DNA of 64,000 bases, taken from contig JALAGF010003802.1 in the NCBI GenBank assembly GCA_030167865.1, positions 1 to 64,000 of the forward strand, given 5' to 3'. Source of the DNA: Craspedostauros australis (taxonomy: Eukaryota). The translations under genes were made by a program, and so were the position numbers. This document shows, piece by piece, positions 23,714-34,792 of this stretch. The number at the start of each line of letters is the position of its first letter. Within the stretch, counting starts at the first letter, position 1. A model generated the notes under the pieces. It worked only from the letters and a program-made list of their open reading frames with translations. It made no database searches and was not told the origin of the DNA.

Positions 23714-25942
23714 TCATGGTCGGAAGATCTTGATGAACTCTCCGCGGATGTTGCAGACGGGACACGATGAGAGGTTTGCGCTGCACTCCAGACAGCAGAC
23801 CTGATGACCGCATGGAGTCATGACGCAGTCGATGCTGTTCTCATAGCAGATAATGCACTGGTCAGCCGTGCGGCGCTTGCTGTCGACAGTGGAGGTTTCG
23901 TCGTGCAGAGTTTGATCCGCGCCCAAGGAGCTGGCGATCGACATGCCGTCGGCGTCGTAGCTCTGGTCATCCCAACGTGGGATGGTCACCTCGCCGGCTT
24001 CTGCGCTCTGCTCCATGGGCAGCGCGAGGAGGACTGCCTCCAGGGCACGCAGGGCGCCCTTCAGGTCCTTGGACTCGTAGATGGAAACGCCGCAGTTGAT
24101 GACGAGGAAACGGAGGATGTTAACATGCAGTCCCGACATGGCGATGGTGAGGACGGAACGGCCCTTCGAGGTCAGGATGGGCGTGTCGGAGCTGCCACCG
24201 CGCTTCGCTCTCTTCCCGCTGCCGGTTCGGATGACCTTGATGGGGCAGAAGTGATCTTCCATCAACCATCGGACGATGTCGATGTTGCCGCCTTCGACGG
24301 CGCAGTGGATGGGATAGACGACGTCATCCTTCTTGTTGGACGTTGGGAATGCGGTGCGAAGGTTGACGTTGCCGGTGCCGTACAGGGCTACGGTCTCCTC
24401 GTAGTCGCCTGCGATGAGGGCCTTCTTGAATGCGCCGCTCAGGTGGTTGCAGCTCTTGCAGACCTTGAGCTGAGATTCCTTCTTGAGGTTGTACGTTTCT
24501 GGCAGCATCTTGGAGGACCAGGATGTGGAGCAGGAGTTGCAAATGCAGACGCCGCAGTTACGGCAGTGTCCGGCACGACGGAACATGGCGAATTTGCCCT
24601 TGCAGATGAAGCAGTGGGGGTGCTCATCGAAGGACAGCATCTTGGGTGGGGCGTTGGCGATGGCCGACTCCCTCGCCTCTTTCTCTGATGCGAAGGAGAA
24701 CGCCTTGAGGTACTTGGACGCCGTGGCGGGGTTCTTGGCCACACCCTTCTGGTTGGTGTTGATGGTTGCGATCCAGAGATTAGTGGCCGTGTTGTGGTAG
24801 ACGGTGGCCGTGAGGAGTATCCTGGAATGGATCTTGTCCGGCTGCTGCCACGAGGCGAAGCTGGAGACGCTTGCCGTGGGCGATGGCTCGCTGCGTGGCA
24901 GGTAGGACTGCTTGGCCTCCTCCGTCACCTGATCTCCGAACAGCTTCTCCATGAAGCCAGATCTCTTGGTTGCCGACGCCGATCCCTGCGGCGTTCTGGG
25001 ACGTCCGGCAGCAGCCCTGGACTTGCCAAAGCTGATGTCCCTGCCGATATTGGCATCGGCGGACAACTGGGTGGCGCCGTCATCGCCGTTCACAGATCGG
25101 CTGGATTGGCCGCCGTTACGGCTTGGTGGCACGCCTGGCCCGACGCTGCTGGAGCTGGACACGGGCCCGCCCCTCATCTCGCGCCGGGTCCTGGAGGTGG
25201 ACGGTGGTGGTCTGTTTCCATTTCCACGCGATCGGCTTGCGGATCGCGTTCTGGTGACCGTCGTCGCCATGCGTCCCGACGAGGTGGATCGTCCTCGGTG
25301 GTTGCTGGAGGTCGGCGGTGGACGGCTGCGCGATCGGCCGCGTGATCTGCCGCTGGATGCTGCGGCGGACGCGCCTGTGGCGATGGGTGCAGGCCTTGAT
25401 CCTGTCGTGGTCGTTCGTCGCGTGGAGCTCACCGATCGTTGCCGTGTGCGGCTGCCGGATCTGTTGCGACGACGGCTGCCGGAGCGTCCACGGCGGGCGA
25501 GAAGTTGTAGGTCGGGCATCTTCGCGACTCCCTGACGTTCCGACGAACGACCCCTTCGCGATCGATGGTAATCATTCGATGATGTGGACGAGTCGGAGGA
25601 AGCTGCGGGGTTGGAGCCGTGAATTCGTCGGCGATGTCCGGAGACATCGTGACCTGGCTGATCCCTGCTCTGACGAGGTGGACGCCGCTTGCCGGGGGCA
25701 TGCGCATCCGCTGATGTTGGTGGCACTACTGGTGCCCACGATGAGTCGCCGTTGATGGGCTTGTTCATCCAGCTCGAGAGGCCGCCGGATTCTCTCCTGT
25801 GAACCCTGGCTGACTGCTTCCTCTGAATTCGGTGCGCTCCGCCTTCGAAGCCTGCGGCGCGCTGATCCTGTCCGAATGACACCCAGGACGACTGTCCCTG
25901 CTGGCTGCCGCTGCCATGGCTTGCATTACTCGACACCACCAT
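23714..25942 (-). CDS. FYVE-ankyrin-RING protein with an Arg/Ser-rich N-terminus, intronless; paralog of 17028-20738
   Basis: CFICKGKF..RRAGHCRNCGVCIC, YPIHCAVEGGNIDIVRWLM, PILTSKGRS, and the RING CIICYENSIDCVMTPCGHQVCCLEC...IFRP, which closely matches the paralog. Confidence 0.88.
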   Translation of the reverse strand: MVVSSNASHGSGSQQGQSSWVSFGQDQRAAGFEGGAHRIQRKQSARVHRRESGGLSSWMNKPINGDSSWAPVVPPTSADAHAPGKRRPPRQSRDQPGHDVSGHRRRIHGSNPAASSDSSTSSNDYHRSRRGRSSERQGVAKMPDLQLLARRGRSGSRRRNRSGSRTRQRSVSSTRRTTTTGSRPAPIATGASAAASSGRSRGRSRSRPPPTSSNHRGRSTSSGRMATTVTRTRSASRSRGNGNRPPPSTSRTRREMRGGPVSSSSSVGPGVPPSRNGGQSSRSVNGDDGATQLSADANIGRDISFGKSRAAAGRPRTPQGSASATKRSGFMEKLFGDQVTEEAKQSYLPRSEPSPTASVSSFASWQQPDKIHSRILLTATVYHNTATNLWIATINTNQKGVAKNPATASKYLKAFSFASEKEARESAIANAPPKMLSFDEHPHCFICKGKFAMFRRAGHCRNCGVCICNSCSTSWSSKMLPETYNLKKESQLKVCKSCNHLSGAFKKALIAGDYEETVALYGTGNVNLRTAFPTSNKKDDVVYPIHCAVEGGNIDIVRWLMEDHFCPIKVIRTGSGKRAKRGGSSDTPILTSKGRSVLTIAMSGLHVNILRFLVINCGVSIYESKDLKGALRALEAVLLALPMEQSAEAGEVTIPRWDDQSYDADGMSIASSLGADQTLHDETSTVDSKRRTADQCIICYENSIDCVMTPCGHQVCCLECSANLSSCPVCNIRGEFIKIFRP

Positions 25943-27835
25943 CTTGGTGCTTGCTTTTCTGATTGTGCTGGTGCTGGCGCTGGCGCTGGGGTTCGTGTTC
26001 GTATTGGGAAGATGCTGGGTCCGTTTTCTCACTTTCGCCTTTCTCTCAAGTGCGCAATACCAATACGAAGTTGTTTCGTCGGTCGCTGCTCCTGTTGCTG
26101 CTTCTTAGCTTGCCTCCTTGGACTGCTGATGGTGCCGTTGCTTGTGATGTTTTGATGATCGTCGCGATGTTCAGTTGCTGCAGAACAGCAGAGTATTGTT
26201 CAGAGTGTTGTCCAGAGTGTTGCAAGAGTTTGCGAAAGTGTGTGTCAGTGCCTGTTGAGATGTGTGTTGATGTGAAATTGTACGTGAATGAGGGTAAGGA
26301 AGTCAAAGAAGTGTGTTGTGCATGTGTGTTGTGCACGTGTGTTGTTGCATCATAAAGATGGGTTGATTGGGAAGCGTTGAGGTCTTTCACTTCATTTCAG
26401 CTTGTTTGAGTTCGACATACACACGCAGACGCAGACGAATACCCGTACGAGGCACGCGCAGAGCGAAGAGAGATGTGCACAAAGCGTCGAGGTGCTTACC
26501 TTTGTTGCCTTTGTGACGCGTGTCAGAGAATGCGTTTCCTTTTGCTTGCCTCCTGTCGAACCGCAATTGGTCGTGCTGGTGGGCGTAGTAGAGAACTCGA
26601 CTCTTTCTTTGGTCGACTTGTGTTTCGCTGCAGTTGATGTCCAACTGAAGGTGGATTCAGTGATGCTTCCTGCGTCTTCTTTGTATTCTCTGGGTGGATG
26701 GTGTGCGCACCGAACCTGCGTTGGACGCCAAAAGAGAGCACCGCAAAGAAGCCGAAACATGATCCAGCCACGGCAACACAACGCACACAAAATCGCAACG
26801 AGAAAACACGCTCAAACATGTGCACAAGGGGCGAAATTAACGCGACAACGACGCGCAGCAAACGCAACGCTCTGGTGAACAAGCAGGCAGACCCTGCAGG
26901 AAACAAAAAGTGACGGTTGCGATTTCCAACTCGCTAAAAAATTGCGGTTCTTTGCCTTGGGGTTCTCATGTGCAAGCCACGCCAGCACGTCATCTCGCCA
27001 ACGCCTCCTTTTCGAGAATGGTCGTGTGGGTCGAAGTGGACGATGTAAGTCGTGGTTCCCTTTCCGTTCGGTGAAGATACCTCGTGTTCGATTCTGTCAC
27101 ACGACGTTATGTAAAATCCGTGTTTGATAGGAACCGTGTGTCTGGTTGATGTTGGAAGAGTCGGTTGAATCAACATGCCGCTTTCTCAGCGTCACACAAA
27201 AATGTCAAAACAACGCACAACAGAACCTCGAAGGTCTTGGGAGCCTCAGTGGATAACTCTATTTTGTCACGGTTCGCTTTGTTCCTTTTTCCACGTTGAC
27301 AACGATGTTGCCGTGCTGCAAATCGTGGTTCTGTTCCAAGATGTGCTGAATATACTGAATGACGTGTATTATGACGCGACTCCAGGTGCACATTCACAAG
27401 TTGTGTTTGTTGTTGCCGTTTCTGGCAAAGAGGCACCATGCGAGACGACAAAAGCTGCCACGACATTCCGTCCACCGAACCCAGCCGATCGAATCCCTCT
27501 CTTCTTCCCGTCTCTGCGCCTCGTTCCTCCGTTGTTTGGTTTTGTGGGGGAGAGGCTGCATTCGCTTGCGATCACAATCGCAATCACACCTCACGATCAC
27601 AACTCACACCACAACAGAAATCGAACACACACAGACAGCATCGCAAGACATTGGGCAGCTGGTTGGAAATCTCTATCAGCATTCGTTCATCGATCATCGA
27701 TCATCGGCATCGCCTCGTTCCACCATTCGCGCAAGAGCAACGCAGACACCACCAAATCGAGCCATCTCTTCGTCCATCCGCGCATTCGTCGACGCCAACC
27801 AGAAGAATAGCAAAGCAAAGCAAACGAAACCGACC

Positions 27836-29468
27836 ATGACGCGATCACTGCGACGCTCACGACGAGCACCACCGAAGAAGGAAGGATACAGGGTTGGAGA
27901 TGTGGTCGAGGTGTGTGAGATTGTTCGCTACTACTCTGCGTATTGCACTCTACAAAGAGTGATGTTGTGAGTGCAGGTTTGCATGTTTGCATGGTTCGCC
28001 TTCGATGCTGCGACAATCATGAGAGGCTGGTACGAGCTACAATGCGGCCCCGTTCCCCGTGCTTCATTCTGCAGCAACCTTGGCATGTCTGCATGAGTGG
28101 GTGCGTGGGTGCGTGGGAGGGTTGATGAGATTTGCATGCTCGTACCATGTCCACCCGTCCATCTGTCAATCCACGTGAAATGGAGTCACAACGACAAAAC
28201 GGCAGTTGTCGGACGGAGCATTGAACATGGAGTGCGTTGGCCGTTCCGCTCCATTCCATGTTTCGGGAAGGAGACCACGAACAGCACCAACGAGCGACGT
28301 AGGACCATGAGACACGCACCAGAGAGACTTGCCGGTTGCATCGCAATGGTCGGTATCATCATCAACGATGTCACACACGCATGCACAGGACCATGCATGC
28401 CATCATCGCGACCACCACTATCACTTTCTGGTGTGATTCACGCAATCGCGGACTGACGATGCTCTCCCATGTTCGCAAACACCAGCGCAAACACCAGCGC
28501 AAACAGCTTCGCGTTCACAACATCACTCACACCAGTACGCACACTCTCCATCAATCACCATGTTTGTTCGCACTTTGCGACTACTCCACTCCTGCACATC
28601 ATACCACCATCACCACCACTGCTACTGCTGCTGCAACTCCACCATGCACACGGTTCCCTTGCCATGTTCTTCTGTTTCATTACGAACAACCATGATCATG
28701 ATCATGATGACTACACGCACGAACTTCACCCACGAACTTCACTCACTCGCACGCACACAAACACACACCCACACATCAACGATGATGAAATTGCAGATCA
28801 CACGAGCTGGCATGACGTGGAAGGGACGCCTTGCGCAGCTTCTGACCGATGGCAGCTCCCCCAACCCACGATGGCTCCTCAAGTTCGACGGCCAGCAGCA
28901 CAAGGACGAGGAAGTGTACGAACGCTCGTTCGGAAGGCTCGTGTACTCGACCGGGGACGACGCCTCCGACGCAAGTCCCACGGACGTAACGAAGCTGCTG
29001 CCCCCGCAAAAGCGTGCACGCGGCCGATACAGCCCTTCCTGCAGCGACGCGGAAGGCATCGACGCGGACCACACCTTCCACGCACCCCCCTCCGGTGTGG
29101 ACATTGCCTTTGACAGCGCTTTCGCGTACGATGCAGGCGAGATCAGTCCTGCGCCCACTGCTGCCAGCGATGAAGACTCGGCAACGATGGATTTTCCATC
29201 CAGTCGCGTGTCGGCACGCGAAGCCCGCAGCCGACGACGACAGGCGAAGATTGATGAGGACGTGATTCCAACCGATCATGTCCATCATCACATTCCTGCG
29301 AAGACGCATCCCAAACGACGCATGCCGCATTCCAGCGGCACCGGCGATCGACACAAGAAACAGCGTACCGTCGACGTTGACGAACCCATCAAGGTGAAGC
29401 TGCTGACAGGGACGCTGCTGTTGTACAGGGGCGCCCAACGTCGTGTGGAATTCAATCGTCGGGTATAG
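27836..29468 (+). CDS. Hypothetical protein with an N-terminal Tudor/SH3-like barrel; exons 27836-27910, 28797-29468
   Basis: The spliced junction gag|gtgtgt...ttgcag|atc yields YRVGDVVE-ITRAGMTWKGRL...RWLLKFDG...EEV; basic NLS-like stretches. Confidence 0.7.
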
Positions 29469-30104
29469 CACGGTGCAGCCGAGTAGTAACGAGATTGGCA
29501 AACAGGGCAAGTTAGATACGTGCGGTTGGTTGTTGGGAAGGAACGATCGCGCATCATGAACGCATACTTGTGCATTCATGAATGCAGCGACAGAAACAAC
29601 GACGACGACGACGCACGTTGGAAGGGTAAATCCCTACATAGATGTAATAGTACATGGTGATATCGCAATGAAGGTAGAGTACGCACGTATGCATGGGAAG
29701 AATCACGAAGGGCAACTGTGCAGTTCCGAATGATACTGAATACTCTCGAGAGAGTCCTTTGATAGAAGATTGAATCAAAGATCCACGCATTGCATGTATT
29801 GCATTACACTATATTGCAGCACTGACAGGAGGCGCATCAAGGCATAATACATACGAGTCGGGAGAGTATTGGCTGTGGGTCGAGGAAGAGTATTCTAAGT
29901 TGTATCATATCATACGTATAATAGATACGGGTGGAGTGGCATGGTGATAGATTCGACTGTTTGCTCGCAGCACGAGGAGTCCAGAGCGTGGACGACCACC
30001 AATGGCAGAGCATGGCAGGATGAGAAACGGCCTGACGACTGCACTCGAATGAACCTGATGCCAATAGGAATGGCATGCATTACACGATGCACGACACCAC
30101 GCGA

Positions 30105-30611
30105 TCACGACGCCTCGCCTTCCACCTTCGCGCGATGCCGCACACCTTCCTGCCTTGCCCGGATCTCCAACAGCTTGCCCTGCATCGTGACGTTGAGGTT
30201 GTCAATGTTGCGCCTCGTGTACTGCACGGCTTGCGTGATGTTCTCGCTGTTGGCATCGACGATCTTGAGCTTGCGATCGAGGTAGGCTTGCGTCTCCTTG
30301 GATGTCTTCTCTGCGTAAAAGCCCGTGCCCAGCTCGACCAGCAGCTTGGTCGGATCGCGGATCTTGCCTGGCACGTAGACGCTCTCCGTGAGCGGCACCA
30401 TGACCTCCTTGCCTTCCGTCAAGACTTCGCCGACGGCCAGCTGCGACGCGTTGAGCCGTGCCGCGGCAGCGCGCAGTTGGGCGTACCGGTTGGTCAGGGC
30501 CTGCAACCGTCCTTCCTCCTGCTGTTTCACCTGGTTCAGCTGTTCCAAGCTCATGGCGTCCAGGTTTATCGAATCAGGCGACGGCGATGCGTCGGAGGGT
30601 GCGGGAACCAT
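30105..30611 (-). CDS. PFDN5: Prefoldin subunit 5 (alpha type)
   Basis: MSLEQLNQVKQQ...EVMVPLTESVYVPGKI...LVELGTGFYAEK. Confidence 0.92.
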   Translation of the reverse strand: MVPAPSDASPSPDSINLDAMSLEQLNQVKQQEEGRLQALTNRYAQLRAAAARLNASQLAVGEVLTEGKEVMVPLTESVYVPGKIRDPTKLLVELGTGFYAEKTSKETQAYLDRKLKIVDANSENITQAVQYTRRNIDNLNVTMQGKLLEIRARQEGVRHRAKVEGEAS

Positions 30612-32174
30612 GTTTGGGAACTATTGGTTGTTTTGGATACTCGGATTCTTCTTGCTCGTTAGTGTGATGCTGTCTGTTGTCTGACTCTGTGGAGTATTAT
30701 ACAATGTAGTACCATGCGTGATGAATGTGGTGATGTCTGGTGAATGGTGAATGGTGGGGGCACCGAGGATTGCGGTTCCAGAGAGATCTTGTGATGATCT
30801 CAAACAAAGAGAGAGACACGACGATGGCGATGATGGCGATGATGTTGGTGGAGATGCAGATGGCGGCAACGAGAGCGGTGGTGTGGTGTTTCGCTCCATT
30901 TGTTTGTTCCGTGTCGCCAAGATCGTCTCTTGTGTCACGCGCAAATCGATGGTGACTGCGCATCCACCACTCATTTTCTCGTGCTCCTGCGGTCTGATTG
31001 GACGACTGTGTCGTGGCGACAAACGAAACACCAAGTGCGCCCATGTTTGAACAACGTGCACAGAGCGACCCGACATGCCAACTCGACACGTGATAAATAA
31101 CCTTGTCCATATGACATCTTTTCAGACATAAATGAGACATGTAGCGTACTGTCTCCGAGCATTGTGGCGCGTTCTTGGAAAGCGTCGTCTATTTTCGTCG
31201 GTGACCAACAGCGCTTCCAAGCAATCTGGGCGCAACTGCGTGTGCCCTGCTCGCTTCCATTACAGACAAAGCGCGAAACATGTTCGGCAGTGGCCGCGGC
31301 GAAACAACGGAAGACAAGCACAAAAGGAAAACGCCCAAAGCTGCACTACCAATAGCAGTACGACTGCCAGTCAAGTCGCAGAGCTCACACCGCATCCACC
31401 GTGCTTGGAGAGGACAGGAGCAACACCACGCCACCTCCTCACCCGACAAAATACTCGCGGCGTGCCGCCAGCAATCCACCACCAACAACCACATCCATTC
31501 GAGGATCTGGATGTACGAATACTGATACTCCATCTGCGGTGCCCGCCAACAGATACTCGTTCGACGTCCCCGTCGAATTCTGGCGTCTTCGGTTTTGTTT
31601 CGCTGCACATCCACGGCCAGAGGACATCCGCGCGCTGCGCCGAAGCTGCAGCAACAGGCAGATCCACAACCACCCAAACTTCCCGCTCCCCTTCTCAGCC
31701 TTCCAGCTGGTCATCATTCCGTTGTTGTTCCTGAGTGGCATCGCATCGTATCGCATCGCGACGATACCATCCCAATACCCGCACTGAGGATCGATCGGCC
31801 AATTCAACTGCTGCGCTCGGTTTCTGCAGAGAGAAGAAGGCAACGCCACGCGAAAGCATTCAACGCAAGGCAACACCACGGGGGTCATTGATCATTGATC
31901 ATCTCCCACATCTGCCACGTCTGCCCAACTTTTCGAAAAGCCGGTTGCAAGGTTAACGTCAACGCTATTGCAACCACTGAAGGGCTGCATCCAATATCAT
32001 CATCATCACCATCATCATCACGAAGGCCAATAGGCTAAGAACAGGCCGAAGCAAGGCATTGCCGCTACTCTCACTGGTACTGCTGCAGCCACTGTCAAAG
32101 TCACCCACACTGTCGCTGCTATCGCCAACGTTATCGACATCGTTATCGACTTCGTTATCGTTGTCGTCTCAGCC

Positions 32175-34046
32175 ATGACATCAACGGCGGGCAACAATGA
32201 CAAGCTCGGCGCAGATGGCACTCCCGCCGACATGATGAGCCGACTCACAATCAGCCAGAGCAACTCAAACCACAATGACACAATAGGAGAGCCAGCAGCC
32301 GCCGTTCTGGAGGGGAAAACAGACCAATCCGCCATGCTGCATCCCTCCACTTCCAAGGATGCCAATGCCGTGGACGCTGCAACGGCCGGTGTCAACAGCG
32401 CTGTCGCTGCGTCCGCCAGCATGGCCGCCACCGTCTCCTCCTTCACTTCCGGCAACTACGTGGGCACGCAGGGATCATCACAACAACAACAACAACAGCT
32501 ACAGATGCAGATGCAGGGAGATCGAAAGCGCGGTGCCAATGCCTCCGAAGCCAGCCAGGCGCTATCAGGCTTGCAATCCAATGCAGCTGCTCTGTCCAGG
32601 GCCGCCGCACGTCCGGGAGCACCGCGCGGCGCAGTCGAATATCTCGAGCGCACGGAAACAACAACGCCATCCAATACCCTCAACGCGAATGAGGACGAGG
32701 AGGAGGAAGACAGCTCCGACATGTCCGGATCGGATGAGGACGGCTCATGGATCGCCTGGTTCTGCAGTTTGCGTGGCAACGAATTCTTTTGCGAGGTGGA
32801 CGAAGACTACATCCAGGTACGCATTCACCAAATATACACAGACACAGACGGAAATGCGTGGCAATCGCAGAATACTCGCTTCTCGAGTTTGCTTTGTGTG
32901 CAATCGCGACTTTACTTTCTCTGTGTTGCAAAATGCCATGCCATTGCTCCCCAAGCGTGCCCACAGGATGTTTCCAATCACGCTCAGCAAATCTCACTTA
33001 CCAACATCTCGTTTTCGATTGCTTCACTTTTCTATTTCACACGACACAATACGATGCTGCGCTACGCGATGTGCAGGATGACTTTAACTTGACTGGACTG
33101 TACGCAATGGTACCATACTACGAGTACGCGTTGGATATGGTGCTCGATGTGGAAATGCCAATGGAAGAATCGCTCACGGAAGAGCAGCAGGAGATCGTGG
33201 AGTCCGCCGCAGAGATGCTCTACGGATTGATCCATGCAAGGTACGTAGCGTCACTGCAGCGACCATCCGCCATGCTTTGTCTGTGATGTGTGATGTTTGG
33301 TGTGTGTGTGTGTGATGCATGTCTCGATAATCAGCGACGCACGAAAACGAAAACACTTCTTTGCTCACCATCTCTCATTCTCTTCTTGCCTCCACCAACA
33401 CCCTCCCGTCTCCGTAGATACATCCTGACGAACCGAGGCATGCATGCCATGTACGAAAAGTACCGAACGGCAGCATTCGGCAGATGCCCGCATGTCTTCT
33501 GCCAGGGCCAGCCCGTCCTGCCGGTGGGACTTTCCGATCTGCCACGCAATTACACCGTCAACGTATTCTGCCCGCGCTGTCACGGCCTCTTCTTTCCCAA
33601 GAGCACGAGGCAGGCCAACATCGACGGCGCATACTTCGGAACCACCTTCCCCCATCTCTACCTCCTCACCCACCCGGTACGTCCTTCTCGCGTGTCTTGC
33701 TTGGATGAGACTACTCGAGATTCTGCAACCATTGCAACGCACTCTTCTCACTGTACTGCATCGCACCACATCACATCGTCGTCATTTCTCACTCACACCA
33801 TTCCCACTCTCGTCGCACTTGACCGCTGTCATCATTGTTCAATGCAACCGCTGCACACTCAAATAAACACAACAGGAGATGGTCCCCAATAAGCCCAATC
33901 AGAAATACGTGCCCAGGATATACGGCTTCAAGGTCAACGAATCCAGCCTGTTCTACAGGAACCGCGAGGAAGGAGCGCAGCAGCACCTGATAGATGGACC
34001 CGTGCGGCACAGCAGACGGTCCAGGAACCGGCAGGGACGCAAGTAA
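32175..34046 (+). CDS. CSNK2B: Casein kinase II regulatory subunit beta; exons 32175-32816, 33077-33240, 33418-33676, 33876-34046
   Basis: [77 protein letters not shown] and [14 protein letters not shown] introns. Confidence 0.96.
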
Positions 34047-34792
34047 ACACAACCATCATTAACAGTACTCATACCATGATAGACACAGCACATCACGCCA
34101 CACATCTCATCGCGTCTCATGAGTGCATGGAGGAACACATTACTCGTACACCGTCGGAATGTTGACATAGTAGTGGGGGCGATCCATGAAGCTGGTGGCG
34201 GCTACGGCTGGTGACCGCAATTGCAGATGTAGCAGCAACCACAACAATCGGCTGGAAGTGGAGGAACTGGCTGACGGAACATTGTTCCGATCACGGATTC
34301 CCACGCCAACGTTGCATGCTGAGTCATGAAAGGTATCTTTCGTGACACAATCGATTCCACCGAATCAACGCTTGTGCGTGGCTGGGAACAGCGCAGAATC
34401 TGTAACGTTGCAACAGCGATGGTGCGTTTTGTTCCGTCGTGATGTGTCAACGCCGTACAGTGCAGTACTCAAGCAACGGGAGACATGTTTGTGGATCTCT
34501 CGCTCCTGTGTGCGTCAGTCACTTCACGATCTTCCACCAACCAATCAGCCGACAACCACCCAAAGAAACCACCCAAAAGAAAAACAACGCACCTCCGCGC
34601 TTCGTATCATCGCGACCGACCACATCGACACGGAGAGACAGACCATCAACCAAAAATAGCAACGGCGACAACAACAACGACTACCAACGCACAGAACGAT
34701 TTCCGCAACGCACGCAGTTCTCACAAAAATCCAAAAACGACATTTCGTTCGTTCGATTCCGCATCCAGCAGCCGAAACAATAGTACAACACC

